Of a DNA stretch of 64,000 nt, positions 22,101-32,927 are shown in pieces. Source of the DNA: Deltaproteobacteria bacterium. GTDB taxonomy: Bacteria > Myxococcota_A > Polyangia > Polyangiales > Houyiibacteriaceae. The notes beneath the pieces were generated by a model, which was not told the DNA's origin, did no database searches, and saw nothing but the letters and a program-made list of their open reading frames with translations. Position 1 is the first letter of the stretch. Every line of letters begins with the position of its first letter. The position numbers and the translations under genes are program-made. The DNA lies in contig JAXMNT010000031.1 in NCBI GenBank assembly GCA_034670305.1, positions 28,876-92,875 of the forward strand, in the 5' to 3' direction.

Positions 22101-23288
22101 ATGATCAAGCCACTCCAGGCCACACTCACTGCGTTCGTGCTTCTCTGTCTGGCCGGCCCGGTCGGCGCCCAGGACGCGGTCTTCGACGATGGCTACCTCG
22201 CGATCCAGCTCGAGAACGAAGTCAACGGGCGGGGTGGCACCGAACCGGCCGACGTGAACTACCACCCGGGCTTTCGGATGCGCTTCTTCGGGGCGGCGCA
22301 AGGAGACGCGGTCGTGGTGCGGTGGAAACAGGGCCGGCGAACCCTGGCCGAGATCCGTTGTCCCCTCGAGGCCCGCTACGACCACTTTCAGACGACCTTC
22401 AGCCAGCGCTGCTGGACTCAGGACGCTCCGGAGCTGACAGCCCACGGCGCAGTGCAGGTGGAGATCGATCTCGTCGACGACAGCGCCGATACCCAGCGCA
22501 CCGTTCGCACGCTCGCTGTGACGGTGGGCCGCTACTGGCACTGGGACCGCCGCGTCGGCAACCGGGACGTGCACTCCCCGCGCTACCAGGTGCGCATGGA
22601 CGACTCGATGGGACTGAGCACCATCCTGATGTCGCCGCCGGACTCCGGCGAGTCGTTCGGCAACGTCTACTTTCACTTCTGGGCCGCGCTCGCGGACGGC
22701 AACTCCAACTACCGGGACGCCTCGTGGCGTTGCTCTTTGAATGGGACCCGGGTTCCCGAACTCGATCGTGGCTCCGACGTCGTCGAGTCGACGGTCGATG
22801 TCAGCGTCGACAACGACCAGATGGTCGGGCGCGAGCGCACCACGACGCATTTCACGTACCGCCAGATGTGGGTCAAACCGCATATGCTGTGGGACCCGTC
22901 CGGCGGCCAGAGCGGTGCCGACGCGTGGCGCTACAACCTCAGCGCACACCCCGGCACCTACGAATGCCAGCTCCGCGACGCGGGGCGCATGGTCCGCACC
23001 TTCCGATTCACGGTCACCGCCGCGGGCACCGTCGACCCGCATCCGGTCGAGGCGGCCGCCGGCCTGACCTTCCGGCCCGGCGCGCACTTCGTGGAGACCG
23101 GGTTTCCGACCTCCAACCCGAGCGAGTTCGTCTTCAACCGCAACGCGATCCGCGCGGGCGTCGGGTTCGGGCGCTCATGGCCAGCGGTGCCGGCCATCCG
23201 AACCTGGCTCGATGGGCTGCCGCCCGCGTACGGATCGAGTGAACCGACCGCGCCCCGGGGGGCCGCGCGAGGACGTCGGCGACGGTAG
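22101..23288 (+). CDS. Secreted hypothetical protein
   Basis: Signal peptide (..LAGPVGA-Q); beta-rich; host-like codon usage. Confidence 0.75.
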   Translation: MIKPLQATLTAFVLLCLAGPVGAQDAVFDDGYLAIQLENEVNGRGGTEPADVNYHPGFRMRFFGAAQGDAVVVRWKQGRRTLAEIRCPLEARYDHFQTTFSQRCWTQDAPELTAHGAVQVEIDLVDDSADTQRTVRTLAVTVGRYWHWDRRVGNRDVHSPRYQVRMDDSMGLSTILMSPPDSGESFGNVYFHFWAALADGNSNYRDASWRCSLNGTRVPELDRGSDVVESTVDVSVDNDQMVGRERTTTHFTYRQMWVKPHMLWDPSGGQSGADAWRYNLSAHPGTYECQLRDAGRMVRTFRFTVTAAGTVDPHPVEAAAGLTFRPGAHFVETGFPTSNPSEFVFNRNAIRAGVGFGRSWPAVPAIRTWLDGLPPAYGSSEPTAPRGAARGRRRR

Positions 23289-23306
23289 GCGCTCTGCAGA
23301 CGCGCT

Positions 23307-24737
23307 CTAGCCGTTGAGCAAGAACGCGATGCCGATGCCGAGCGCGACCAGCACGATGGCGCCGACGAGCAGCACCCACCAGGGGGGCCAACCGGTGTCC
23401 GCCTTCGGCGGCGTGAGCGCAGGGGGTGCGGCCAGACCGGCCAGTGGCGGCGGCGGGGGACCGGGCATCGCCGGCGGTCGATCGGCGGGACGGGTGGGCC
23501 GCCCGACTTTCGTCTCGACCGGTTCCATCTTCCGGGGGTCCGTTCCAAACGGACCGTAGGATCCGCTCTGGGGGAGCGATCCCGTCAGCGACTGGAACGA
23601 ACCGGTCAGCTGGGAACTCTGCGGGGGGAGGGGTTCCCGATCTTCGGGTCCGAAGACGAGTCCCAGGTAGCGCGCGACCTCTTCGTCGGAGACCGGCCCG
23701 CCGGTCTTCGACAACCAGGTGTCGAGCGCGTCCCGCATGTGTCCGGCCTTCGGGAAGCGGTCGTCCGGGTGTTTCTGCAGCGCCCTCTGAACGATGGCGT
23801 CGAGCTCCGGTGCGAGGTGCGGAAGCACCGACCGGGCACTCGGCACGTCCTCTCGGACGATGGCCTCGAGCGTCGGCATCATGCCGCCGCGGTGGTAGAG
23901 CGGGGAACACGTGAGCGTTTCGTAGAGGCAGATGCCCAGCGTGAAGATGTCGCAGCGGGTGTCGAGCTGCTTGCCGCGCGCTTGCTCCGGCGCGAGGTAG
24001 GAGAACTTCCCTTTCACCACGCCTTCTTCGCTGCGCTGGTCGGTGCTGGTCCGGGCGATCCCGAAGTCGAGCAACTTCACCTTGCCCGTCCACGAGACCA
24101 TGATGTTGTGAGGGCTCACGTCCCGGTGAATGATGCCGAGGGGGCGCCCGTTGACGCCCATCGCGTGGTGCACGTAGTCGAGCGCCGCGGCGACCCGCGC
24201 GATGATGTGCGCGCCGATGCGCGGGGGGAGTGGCCGGTCGGCACCGGCCCGCCGAAGCAGCTTTCGAAGGGCCACGCCGTAGACCCACTCGAGGGCCATG
24301 AACGTCGTGCCCTCGATCTCGCCAGCCTCGTACACGTGGCAGACGTTCGGGTGGTAGAGGCGGGTGGCGATGTCCGCTTCCTCCTGGAACATCCGGCCGA
24401 ACTCGACGTCGTCCTCTCGTTCCGGGAGGATGCGTTTGAGCACGAGGTGCCGCGGCTGCCCGGTCGTACTCGGCTCTCGGCCCAGATACACCTCGGCCAT
24501 GCCGCCCCGAGCCAGGCGTCCCAGAATTTCGAATGGGCCGAATTGCGCGAGGGCAGGGTACGCGGGTACCTGCGGCGACTCGTCGAGCGACATGTCGACG
24601 ACCGTTCCCTCCTCTTCATCGAACCCGGCGAAGAGGGACTCCAAATCCGGGACCGGCGGTTCGGCCACACGCAAGCATACCAGGATGGCGGCGAAGTGGC
24701 GTGTGATGTGTCTCGGTCCGGCGGAGACCCGAACCAA
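23307..24737 (-). CDS. Eukaryotic-like Ser/Thr protein kinase with C-terminal TM anchor
   Basis: GGMAEVY, VLKRI, HRDVSPHN, DFGIA, YLAPE; start uncertain and probably downstream of 24737. Confidence 0.93.
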   Translation of the reverse strand: MVRVSAGPRHITRHFAAILVCLRVAEPPVPDLESLFAGFDEEEGTVVDMSLDESPQVPAYPALAQFGPFEILGRLARGGMAEVYLGREPSTTGQPRHLVLKRILPEREDDVEFGRMFQEEADIATRLYHPNVCHVYEAGEIEGTTFMALEWVYGVALRKLLRRAGADRPLPPRIGAHIIARVAAALDYVHHAMGVNGRPLGIIHRDVSPHNIMVSWTGKVKLLDFGIARTSTDQRSEEGVVKGKFSYLAPEQARGKQLDTRCDIFTLGICLYETLTCSPLYHRGGMMPTLEAIVREDVPSARSVLPHLAPELDAIVQRALQKHPDDRFPKAGHMRDALDTWLSKTGGPVSDEEVARYLGLVFGPEDREPLPPQSSQLTGSFQSLTGSLPQSGSYGPFGTDPRKMEPVETKVGRPTRPADRPPAMPGPPPPPLAGLAAPPALTPPKADTGWPPWWVLLVGAIVLVALGIGIAFLLNG

Positions 24738-24768
24738 GGCCCGAGCCGTTCCGCGCTATCCTTGCCAG

Positions 24769-25482
24769 GTGTGTGGCCGGTTCAGTTTCGCGGTGGATCC
24801 GGAGGACGTCTTCTCCGACTTCGACTGGCTCGATCGACCGCAGGAGCCGCTGTGGGCGGGCGAGAAACCCGGACCGCGCTTCAACGTGGCGCCCACCCAG
24901 CCCGCGGTGGTGTTGGGCCAGCGGGCGGGTGCGGCGCCCAAACCAGCCCGCTTCGACTGGGGATTCGTGCCCCGCTGGGCCAAAGACACCAAGGGTGCGG
25001 CGCGCCGCATCAACGCCCGCTCCGAGTCGATCTCACAGCGGCCGATGTTCGCCGATTCGTTCCGCGCCCGGCGGTGCCTGGTGCCCGTGACCGGCTGGTT
25101 CGAGTGGCGGGTTGGCGGCGCCGATCGGCGTCCGGTGCATTTCCACCAGGAAGGTCGGTTGATGACATTGGCCGGAGTGTGGGACCGATGCGCGCTGCCC
25201 GGACGCGCGCCGATCTTCACCTTCGCCATCCTCACCCGTCCCTCGCTGGGGGCGGTGCGTGACGTACATCACCGCATGCCGGTCGTGGTGGGGGAAGCCG
25301 GCCGGGCAGCCTGGCTCGACCCCACCCAAACGGTGGAGGTCGCCGCTGTGGAGCGCCTGGACGCGCCGCTCGTACCCACCACCGTCTCGACCCGTGTGAA
25401 CTCGGTTCGCTACGACGACCCTCGATGCCTCGAGCCGGATGCCGGCCACGGAGAAGACGCTCAGACGGATCTCTTCCGATGA
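24769..25482 (+). CDS. SOS response-associated peptidase (SRAP/YedK/HMCES family)
   Basis: GTG start gives (M)CGRF; RFNVAPTQ, INARSES, GWFEW, HHRMPV. Confidence 0.93.
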   Translation: MCGRFSFAVDPEDVFSDFDWLDRPQEPLWAGEKPGPRFNVAPTQPAVVLGQRAGAAPKPARFDWGFVPRWAKDTKGAARRINARSESISQRPMFADSFRARRCLVPVTGWFEWRVGGADRRPVHFHQEGRLMTLAGVWDRCALPGRAPIFTFAILTRPSLGAVRDVHHRMPVVVGEAGRAAWLDPTQTVEVAAVERLDAPLVPTTVSTRVNSVRYDDPRCLEPDAGHGEDAQTDLFR

Positions 25483-26900
25483 TCCGGATCGCCATGCGCA
25501 TCGAAGGGTTGCTCGTCGGATGGACCAGCGCGCTCGGGTCCGCTTGGGCCTACCTCCGCGACCTGCGCGCACTTCGCCCGGAGTGGTCGCTTGGGCTCGG
25601 AGAAGAGACGTATGCATCGACCCCGGTGCCGCTGTGGACGCACGCCGGGCCGCGGGTGGTGTCGTGCGACGGGGGTGTGCTGACGGTGGGGGCGATCGAA
25701 GCCGGACGCGCCGATCAAGAGGTGCGGATGACACGTCTCGTGGTCGCGGAATCGGTCCATGTGTTCGACGCGGTCACCGACGGACGGTTCCTCTGGATCG
25801 GTGCGGTCCGCGAGGGGGCGCTCTCAGCCTACCGCGTCCACGTCGAATCCTCGGCGGTCGCTGCGTTGGAGGTGGACGACCAAGCCGACGTCACCCAGCT
25901 CGCAGTCGCCGCGCTCGATGGTGGGGTGGCCTTGCTGCACGGCATGGTCGATGCGCGGCTGGGGGTGCTGTGTGTGGATCGCGACATGAATCTGGCGCGG
26001 AGCGTGCGGCACCCGCTCTCCGCGCCGCTTCGGCACCTCGCGGCGTTCGGCGCCCGGGACGTGGCGCTCGCGCTCCTCTGCGACCCGGGCCAGCTCGACA
26101 TCGCGCTGCTCGGCATCGATGGCCGGCTGAAGGAGCGACCCCATCGCGCGATCGAAGGGGTGTTGGATCAACGCCCGGAGGTGGTCTGGATGGACGATGG
26201 GTTCGCGGTGTTCGGACAGACCGAGGCGGGGCTGGTGTGGAAACGGTTCGATCGTCCGAACACCGGAATCGTGGAAGGTGCGCGGGCGGGTGCGGCGGCT
26301 CACTTTCACGGGACCCTGGTCGGTGCCCAGATGCGTTCGGAGGGGATCGAAGATCGCCTCACGCTCTCGATGCAGGAGGTCAGTGGTCGAGGCGGGCAGG
26401 TGCACACCCTCGGGCTCGCGCCGGGCGAGTTCCGGGTGCGGCAGCGCCGGGAAGATGCCGCCGCCATCCTCGGGCGGCTCGTCGCGATGTTCGATCGGAC
26501 CTCGTATCGAGAGACGGCATTGCACGGCGTACAGACCGAACGGGACGAGGTGTCGATCGCACTGCCGCTCGAGGACGGAGACGCGCTGCTCGTGGTGGTC
26601 TGGGCGTGCGCCGAGTCCGTGGTCGTTCGAGTCTCGCGGGGCGTCGCGCCCCACGAAGGGATGAGTTTGTTGCGTCTTGCCCGCTGGGTGCGGGAGCGAC
26701 GCGCCCGCAAAATCGAGGCGGCGGCGTCTCGAACTTGGGCGCAAGGCTGTCTTGAAGGCATCGACGGTGCCGAACTCTTGGGGGCAGAGCGCAGAGCGAC
26801 GTTTCGCTGGCTCGAGTTTCGGGGCAAAGGGTGCCCCGCCGCCACGGCGCTCCGCGATCTGTTGCGCCGCTTCGACGCCGACAGCGACACCTCCGGATAG
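25479..26900 (+). CDS. Hypothetical protein (beta-rich N-terminal part)
   Basis: ATGA overlap with the SRAP gene; long ORF filling the gap to dapA. Confidence 0.6.
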   Translation: MIRIAMRIEGLLVGWTSALGSAWAYLRDLRALRPEWSLGLGEETYASTPVPLWTHAGPRVVSCDGGVLTVGAIEAGRADQEVRMTRLVVAESVHVFDAVTDGRFLWIGAVREGALSAYRVHVESSAVAALEVDDQADVTQLAVAALDGGVALLHGMVDARLGVLCVDRDMNLARSVRHPLSAPLRHLAAFGARDVALALLCDPGQLDIALLGIDGRLKERPHRAIEGVLDQRPEVVWMDDGFAVFGQTEAGLVWKRFDRPNTGIVEGARAGAAAHFHGTLVGAQMRSEGIEDRLTLSMQEVSGRGGQVHTLGLAPGEFRVRQRREDAAAILGRLVAMFDRTSYRETALHGVQTERDEVSIALPLEDGDALLVVVWACAESVVVRVSRGVAPHEGMSLLRLARWVRERRARKIEAAASRTWAQGCLEGIDGAELLGAERRATFRWLEFRGKGCPAATALRDLLRRFDADSDTSG

Positions 26901-26903
26901 ATC

Positions 26904-27000
26904 CCTGCCAGTGCGATGCCCACGGCCAGCACTGCGATTCCCGAAGCCAGCACTGCGAGTCCCGAAGCCAGCACTGCGGTTCTCGAGGCCAACACTTCGG
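26904..27000 (+). repeat. 21-bp tandem repeat (GCCAGCACTGCGATTCCCGAA), 3 good and 2 degenerate copies
   Basis: Directly visible upstream of dapA. Confidence 0.85.
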
Positions 27001-27060
27001 CCGTGCGGAAACGCGGCACGGCGATTGATTTTGTGGGCGTCCTCCAACACTCTCGCCGCC

Positions 27061-27933
27061 ATGAGGTTCGAGGGCGCGTTCACCGCATTGGTCACACCAT
27101 TTCGCGACGGATCGGTCGACGAGAAAGCGCTCGCAGCGCTGGTCGAAGCACAGATCGAGGGCGGCATCGACGGCCTGGTGCCGTGCGGCACGACGGGCGA
27201 GAGCGTCGCACTCGATGCCGACGAACACGAGCGTGTGGTTGCGGTGGTGGCGGAAGCGGCGGCGGGCCGGGTGCCCGTGGTGGCCGGCGCGAGCACGAAC
27301 TCGACGCGCAAGTCCATCGAGTTGGCTCGGCGTTCCAAGTCCGCCGGTGCGGACGGCCTGTTGCTCGTCTGCCCCTACTACAACAAGCCGACGCAGGCGG
27401 GTCTCGAGGCCCACGTGCGCGCGATCTTGGACGCGGTGCCACTGCCGGCGATGCTGTACAACATCCCCGGCCGCAGCGCCGTCGACATGGAGGTCGACAC
27501 GATCGCCCGCCTCGCCCAGCACGAGCTGGTGGTGGCCCTGAAGGAGGCCACGGGGAACATCCTCAAGGCCCAGGATGTCGTGGCGGCATGCGGAGACCGA
27601 CTCACGGTGCTGAGCGGTGACGACGCCTTGACCGTGGGTATGGCGGCGGTGGGTGGCCGAGGGGTGGTGAGCGTGCTCTCGAACCTCTGCCCCGGACCCG
27701 TCTCCGAGGTCGCCGCGGCGTGCCTCGATGGCGACTTCGCGCGAGCGCGTGCGCGCCACCAGAAATTGCTCCCCGTGATCCGAGCCGTGTTCGTAGAGAC
27801 GAACCCAGGGCCGATCAAAGCGGTCCTCGCCGCGCGCGGACGGATGGGACCCGAGATGCGGCTGCCGATGGTTCCGCCGAGCGCGGAGGTGCTGGCCGGC
27901 GTGCTCGCCACCATCGAGGCGCAGGGCTTGTGA
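27061..27933 (+). CDS. dapA: 4-hydroxy-tetrahydrodipicolinate synthase
   Basis: ALVTPF, CGTTGES, PYYNKPTQ, LYNIPGRS, ALKEATG, ETNPGPIK. Confidence 0.96.
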   Translation: MRFEGAFTALVTPFRDGSVDEKALAALVEAQIEGGIDGLVPCGTTGESVALDADEHERVVAVVAEAAAGRVPVVAGASTNSTRKSIELARRSKSAGADGLLLVCPYYNKPTQAGLEAHVRAILDAVPLPAMLYNIPGRSAVDMEVDTIARLAQHELVVALKEATGNILKAQDVVAACGDRLTVLSGDDALTVGMAAVGGRGVVSVLSNLCPGPVSEVAAACLDGDFARARARHQKLLPVIRAVFVETNPGPIKAVLAARGRMGPEMRLPMVPPSAEVLAGVLATIEAQGL

Positions 27934-28727
27934 CTGCGGCGACGGAGGCCGCGGTGAAGCTGGGTGTTCTTGGGGCGGCCGGCCGGATGGGCCGGGCGGT
28001 GGTCCAGGCGGCCACGGAAGCGGGCCACCCCATCGTCGCTGCGGTCGACCATGGGGACGCGCTGGGTCGGGATGTCGGCCAGTGGGCCGGGCTCGATCCG
28101 ATCGGCGTACCGATCGTGGAAGACCTCGAGGCGCTCGCCGCTGCGGATGTGGTGGTCGATTTCAGCTTGCCGGGTGTCGCAAAGAAACTCTTCGAGCGGG
28201 CCGCTGGATGGAAGACCGCGGTGGTGACCGGTACGACCGGGTTCGACTCCACCGAGGCGCACGATCGCCTGGCGGAGAAAGTGGCGCTGGTGGCGGCCGC
28301 GAACTTCAGCCAGGGCGTGACCCTGCTGGTGCACCTGTGCGCGATGGTCACCGACAAGATGGGGCCCTCCTTCGATCCAGAAATCGTCGAGCTGCACCAC
28401 CGCCGGAAGGTCGACGCGCCCAGCGGGACCGCGCTCGCGATGGCGGAAGCGGTCCGGTCGGTCCGCGAGGCCCGCCCGCTCCATGGGCGCAGCGGTGTGG
28501 TGGGCGCACGAACCGACGACGAGATCGGGGTGCTGGCGGTCCGCGGCGGGGACGTCGTCGGGGAGCACACCCTGTACCTCCTGGGGGAGGGCGAACGGCT
28601 GGAGCTCACCCACCGCGCGACCGACCGGATGATCTTCGCGCGCGGCGCGGTCCGGGCGGCGGCCTGGGTCTTGGGGCGTCCCCCAGGCAACTATGGGATG
28701 GTCGACGTGATGGGGCTGAACCTCTGA
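27930..28727 (+). CDS. dapB: 4-hydroxy-tetrahydrodipicolinate reductase
   Basis: GAAGRMG, VTGTTG, ANFSQG, ELHHRRKVDAPSGTA, VVGEH. Confidence 0.96.
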   Translation: MTAATEAAVKLGVLGAAGRMGRAVVQAATEAGHPIVAAVDHGDALGRDVGQWAGLDPIGVPIVEDLEALAAADVVVDFSLPGVAKKLFERAAGWKTAVVTGTTGFDSTEAHDRLAEKVALVAAANFSQGVTLLVHLCAMVTDKMGPSFDPEIVELHHRRKVDAPSGTALAMAEAVRSVREARPLHGRSGVVGARTDDEIGVLAVRGGDVVGEHTLYLLGEGERLELTHRATDRMIFARGAVRAAAWVLGRPPGNYGMVDVMGLNL

Positions 28728-28741
28728 TAGACTCGACCGCC

Positions 28742-30892
28742 ATGGGCGAAGCCTGTCCGCAGTGCCAGACGCCGTTCGCCCCGGGCACCAAGTTTTGCGG
28801 GCAATGCGGGTACGACCTCGTTTCGCGGCCCCCGGTTGCGCCCGCCGCGGCGCCTGGGCCGAAGCGCACGATGATGGGCATGGCAGAAGTGCACGCGCCC
28901 GCGTCGCCGCCGGGGCGAGAGTTCGCCAAGACGATGATGGACCCGTCGCCGGCCGGCATGGCGGTGCCGCCGGCGGCCGCACCGGCGCCCGCGAAGAAGG
29001 CCCCGCAGCGGACCATGATGGGCATGGCGGCGGTCCAAGTGCCGCCAGGGCATCCAGCCGCGTCGGCACCCGTCGCGCCCACCACCCCCGCGGCGCCGGC
29101 TGCTCCGATCGCGCCGGCTGCGCCGGTGGCTGCCCCCGCCGCCCAGCCTGGGTCGGGCAAGAAACCTCCGATGCGCACCATGCTCGGGATGCCGGCGGTG
29201 ATGCCCGGTGCCCCCGCCCCGCCCGCCGACCCGGCCGCGGCGTCACCGCCGCAGCCCTCGCCGCAGGCTTCGCCCCAGGCTGCGTTGCCGCCGAGCCCGG
29301 CCGCACCAGGGGCGGGGTTTCAGCCAGCGCCCGCCCACCATCAGACCGGTGTCGTGCACCCGCAGGGTGGGCACCTGCTCTCCGCCCAGGCCGAGGTGAG
29401 CCCAGAAGAATCGCCGCCTGCCGCCGCGCCGGCGCAGCCCCGCGTGGTGAAGCCCTCGAACCGAACCATGCTGGGCGTGCCCATTGCGGCCTCCGCCCCG
29501 GCGGCCGCAGCGGCACCCGCACCGACGGGCAAGCCGCCCGTCAAGAGCAACCGCACCATGCTCGGTGTGGCCGCTCCGGTCGGGCCTGCGGGCCAACCGC
29601 TGCCGCCGCGCTCCCACGACGGGCCTGGCGCACCCCAAGACGGGACGCCGGTCGCTGCCTCCATGGGCGCGTGGGGCGACGAAGACGAGGTTCCGGTCCG
29701 CAAGAAGGGCAAAGGCGGTCTGGTCGCGATCGTCGTTCTGTTGATCCTCGCGGCGAGCGGTGCCGGCGTCGGCGTCTGGATGTTCCTGAAGAACGCCACC
29801 CCGGACATTCAAGTGAGCGTGGTCCAAACCGATGCCGGGGAAGCATTGCAGATCGATGTGCCCGGCGCGGCCGACGGCACCGTCGTGCGCTTCAACGCGC
29901 GGGAGATGCCGCTCGAGACCGGCCGGGCCCAGTTCACGCTCGCTGCGAATGATCTTCGCATCGGGGACAACGAAGTGAATGTGGAGATCGTAGGCCCCGA
30001 CGGTTCGACCGACCAAGCCAGCGTGGTGCTCTCGGTGAGCTACCGCGTTCGGGCAGACCTCAGCGCGCTCGAGGCCGAGCCACCCAAACTTCGCATCGTC
30101 GTCGACGTGCTCCCGCAATCCGCCGTCACCTTGAACGAAGTTGCAGTGCCGCTCGATTCCACCGGCCACGGGTTCGTCGACCACGACCTCGACTCGCCCG
30201 CCGACGCCGCCCAGTACGAGCGCACGTTTCACTACCGCGTCGTGCCCCCAGGCGGGACCCCGGCCGAAGGCGATGTCGCGGTGCGCATCCCGTTTGCGAC
30301 GTTGCAGGTCGATCGCCCGGGCGCGACGACCGTGACGGAGAGCGCCCGCGTCGAAGTCGCGGGGTCGAGTCATCCGGAAGCCAAGGTCACGCTCGATGGC
30401 ACCGAACTGTTGTTGACGGCCGAAGGCCGATTCGTCACCACCATCGAGATCCCAGAAGTCGGCGAGACCGAACACACGCTCGTCGCACGGCAGCCAGGGA
30501 GGGCACCCCGCGCGCGGACCTTCTCGATCCGGCGGGTGGCCGACCTGGCGGCGGAAGCCCGCGCGTACACCGTCGATGCGTCGCTCACCTACACGCGCAT
30601 CGCGGGCAACCCGGACACGTACCGCGGTCAGCGCGCGGCCTTCGAAGGGCGCGTCTACAACGTCGATGTGCACGATGGACAGAGCGATCTGCAGATCGTG
30701 TTGCGCGAGTGCCCAGGCAGCGGGCGCTGTCCGCTCTGGGTCACGTTCGAAGGCGCCACCGAGGCGGGGCTGAACGACTGGGTGCGGGTCGTGGGCGAGC
30801 TCGGCGGGCATCAGCAGTTCCGGGCCCCCTCCGGCGAAGTGATGTCGGTGCCCAAACTCGACGCCGTCTTCGTCGTGCCGGCGGGGGAGTAG
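28742..30892 (+). CDS. Zinc-ribbon, Pro/Ala-rich bitopic membrane protein with extracytoplasmic beta-rich domains
   Basis: CPQC..FCGQCG; repeated RTM(M/L)G motifs; one TM; beta-rich C-terminus. Confidence 0.78.
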   Translation: MGEACPQCQTPFAPGTKFCGQCGYDLVSRPPVAPAAAPGPKRTMMGMAEVHAPASPPGREFAKTMMDPSPAGMAVPPAAAPAPAKKAPQRTMMGMAAVQVPPGHPAASAPVAPTTPAAPAAPIAPAAPVAAPAAQPGSGKKPPMRTMLGMPAVMPGAPAPPADPAAASPPQPSPQASPQAALPPSPAAPGAGFQPAPAHHQTGVVHPQGGHLLSAQAEVSPEESPPAAAPAQPRVVKPSNRTMLGVPIAASAPAAAAAPAPTGKPPVKSNRTMLGVAAPVGPAGQPLPPRSHDGPGAPQDGTPVAASMGAWGDEDEVPVRKKGKGGLVAIVVLLILAASGAGVGVWMFLKNATPDIQVSVVQTDAGEALQIDVPGAADGTVVRFNAREMPLETGRAQFTLAANDLRIGDNEVNVEIVGPDGSTDQASVVLSVSYRVRADLSALEAEPPKLRIVVDVLPQSAVTLNEVAVPLDSTGHGFVDHDLDSPADAAQYERTFHYRVVPPGGTPAEGDVAVRIPFATLQVDRPGATTVTESARVEVAGSSHPEAKVTLDGTELLLTAEGRFVTTIEIPEVGETEHTLVARQPGRAPRARTFSIRRVADLAAEARAYTVDASLTYTRIAGNPDTYRGQRAAFEGRVYNVDVHDGQSDLQIVLRECPGSGRCPLWVTFEGATEAGLNDWVRVVGELGGHQQFRAPSGEVMSVPKLDAVFVVPAGE

Positions 30893-32920
30893 GTGGGGAC
30901 CAGCTCGAACGAGACCGCGGACACGATGGATCTCGGGCCCTGCAGTGAGTGCGGACGGAAGAACCCGTTCGACGCGCGCTTCTGCGGCGGGTGCGGGTTT
31001 CAGTTCCAGGGCGGCGACGACGACGGTCCAGAAGAAAACGTCGCCGACCCGCTCATCGGCCGGGTGATCGCGGACCGGTACCGCATCATCGAGCTGCTCG
31101 GACGCGGCGGCATGGGCGTGGTCTACAAGGTCGAGCACATCCACATCGGCAAGTTCATGGCGATGAAGCTCCTCCACGGAGAGCTCGCCCGCGACCGCAA
31201 CACCGTGAAACGTTTTCAGCGGGAGGCCGAAGCCATCTCGCGTCTGAGCCACCCCAACAGCGTGCAGGTGTTCGACTTCGGGCGCAGCGAGGGGCTCATG
31301 TACCTGGTGATGGAGTACCTGGAAGGGCGGGACCTCGGACAGGTCATTCGCGACGAAGGCCACCTCGACTTTCAGCGCGTGGCGCGGCTCGCGTCGCAGG
31401 TGTGCGCGTCGGTCGCCCAGGCGCACGCCGAGGGGGTCGTGCACCGGGATCTGAAACCCGAGAACGTGATGATCCTTCCGGCCCGCCAAGGCTCGAACGA
31501 GATCGCGAAGGTGCTGGACTTCGGACTCGCGAAGCTTCGCGATCAGATGGGCAACGTGACGGTCACCCGCGCAGGCCACATCGTCGGCACGCCGTACTAC
31601 ATGGCGCCCGAGCAGATCAAAGGCGAGGACGTCGACGCGCGCGGCGACGTGTATGCGATCGGCGCGATGATCTACAAGGCGTGCACGGGGGTGCCGCCGT
31701 TCGTTGCCAACACTCCGATGGGCGTGTTGACCAAACACCTCACCGAAGAGCTCGTGCCGCCTTCGTCGCGCAGTGGTTTTCATCTGCCGCCAGACGCAGA
31801 CCGCATCGTCGGCCGCGCCATGCAGAAGGAGCGTGAAGACCGCTACCAGGACGCAGAGTCGCTTCGACAGGATCTGCTCCTCTACCTCCAGTCGGTCGGC
31901 GAGGCCCTCAGCGAGCCGACGATGTCGGGCATCAAGGTGGGCCGCGCGCAGCCCGAGGGCGTGGCCACCCGAGGCGACGTCGAGAAGTACGAACGCCGAC
32001 TTCGCCGCCGCGGCGCAGCCCTCTACGTGCTGCTCGTGGCGCTGTTGGCGGGCGCGGGATTCGGCGGGTGGAAGCTCTGGCAGCGCTACGAACAAAAGGT
32101 CGAAACGCTGACGGCGGAACTCGAACCGAACAACACGCCCGAGACTGCCAACCCACTGCCGGCCGACACCGAGGTCACCGCGCTCCTCGGCAAGCGACAG
32201 GACCGCGAGTTCGGTGACATCGATCTCTACGCGCTCGAGGGGTACGTGCCCGACCCGGCTGGCCGTGTGCTGCGAGTCGACGTGAGCGCGTTGCCGAACA
32301 TCGACGTGATGGTCGACGTGATCCGCGTGGGCCAACAGAACCCCGTGCTGAGCGCGGACTCGGTTGGCGCGGGCAGCGACGAGCGCATCCCCAACTTCCC
32401 TCTTGGGGACCACAGCTACATGATCCGGGTGCACGAGCGCTGGATCACCGGCCGGCTGCCCACGGAGAACGTGTCCGATCACTACACCGTTCAGTGGTCG
32501 TACGGACCGGCCGAAGCAGGCTTCGAGATCGAGGTCAACGACTCGCTCGAACTGGCGACCCCGATCAGTTCTCCGGGATCGATCCAGGGTTTCCTCGGGT
32601 GGGCGGGCGACGTGGACACCTTCTGCGTGCGCGACGACGAAGCGAACGCCGGCACCGCCGACATCGCGGTGAGCGGGCTCGCCGGCGTGGATGTGGTGTT
32701 GCGCGTCGTCGACCGAACCCTCCAGCGAAGTCGGAAGGTGGACGAACAGTCGGTCGGCGCTGGTGAAGCGATGGCGGGTCAGACCATCCAACCTGGCCGG
32801 ACGTGCGTGGAGCTGTCCCTCAACGATCCGCGGGACGCGGTGCGGCGCGCCCAACCGAACGAACCCTACACACTGACCTTCTCCCCCGCGGCGGCTGTGC
32901 CCGAGCCGGTCGAGCCCTGA
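30893..32920 (+). CDS. Membrane Ser/Thr protein kinase with N-terminal zinc ribbon and extracytoplasmic repeats
   Basis: CSEC..FCGGCG; GRGGMGVVY, HRDLKPEN, DFGLAK, GTPYYMAPE; TM; ELEPNNT and EIEVNDS modules. Confidence 0.94.
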   Translation: MGTSSNETADTMDLGPCSECGRKNPFDARFCGGCGFQFQGGDDDGPEENVADPLIGRVIADRYRIIELLGRGGMGVVYKVEHIHIGKFMAMKLLHGELARDRNTVKRFQREAEAISRLSHPNSVQVFDFGRSEGLMYLVMEYLEGRDLGQVIRDEGHLDFQRVARLASQVCASVAQAHAEGVVHRDLKPENVMILPARQGSNEIAKVLDFGLAKLRDQMGNVTVTRAGHIVGTPYYMAPEQIKGEDVDARGDVYAIGAMIYKACTGVPPFVANTPMGVLTKHLTEELVPPSSRSGFHLPPDADRIVGRAMQKEREDRYQDAESLRQDLLLYLQSVGEALSEPTMSGIKVGRAQPEGVATRGDVEKYERRLRRRGAALYVLLVALLAGAGFGGWKLWQRYEQKVETLTAELEPNNTPETANPLPADTEVTALLGKRQDREFGDIDLYALEGYVPDPAGRVLRVDVSALPNIDVMVDVIRVGQQNPVLSADSVGAGSDERIPNFPLGDHSYMIRVHERWITGRLPTENVSDHYTVQWSYGPAEAGFEIEVNDSLELATPISSPGSIQGFLGWAGDVDTFCVRDDEANAGTADIAVSGLAGVDVVLRVVDRTLQRSRKVDEQSVGAGEAMAGQTIQPGRTCVELSLNDPRDAVRRAQPNEPYTLTFSPAAAVPEPVEP

Positions 32921-32927
32921 GCAGAGC

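Noticed and set aside
26904-27000. Possible CRISPR array in the 21-bp or hexamer repeats
   Set aside because: The units are directly tandem with no unique spacers, and there are no cas genes in the window
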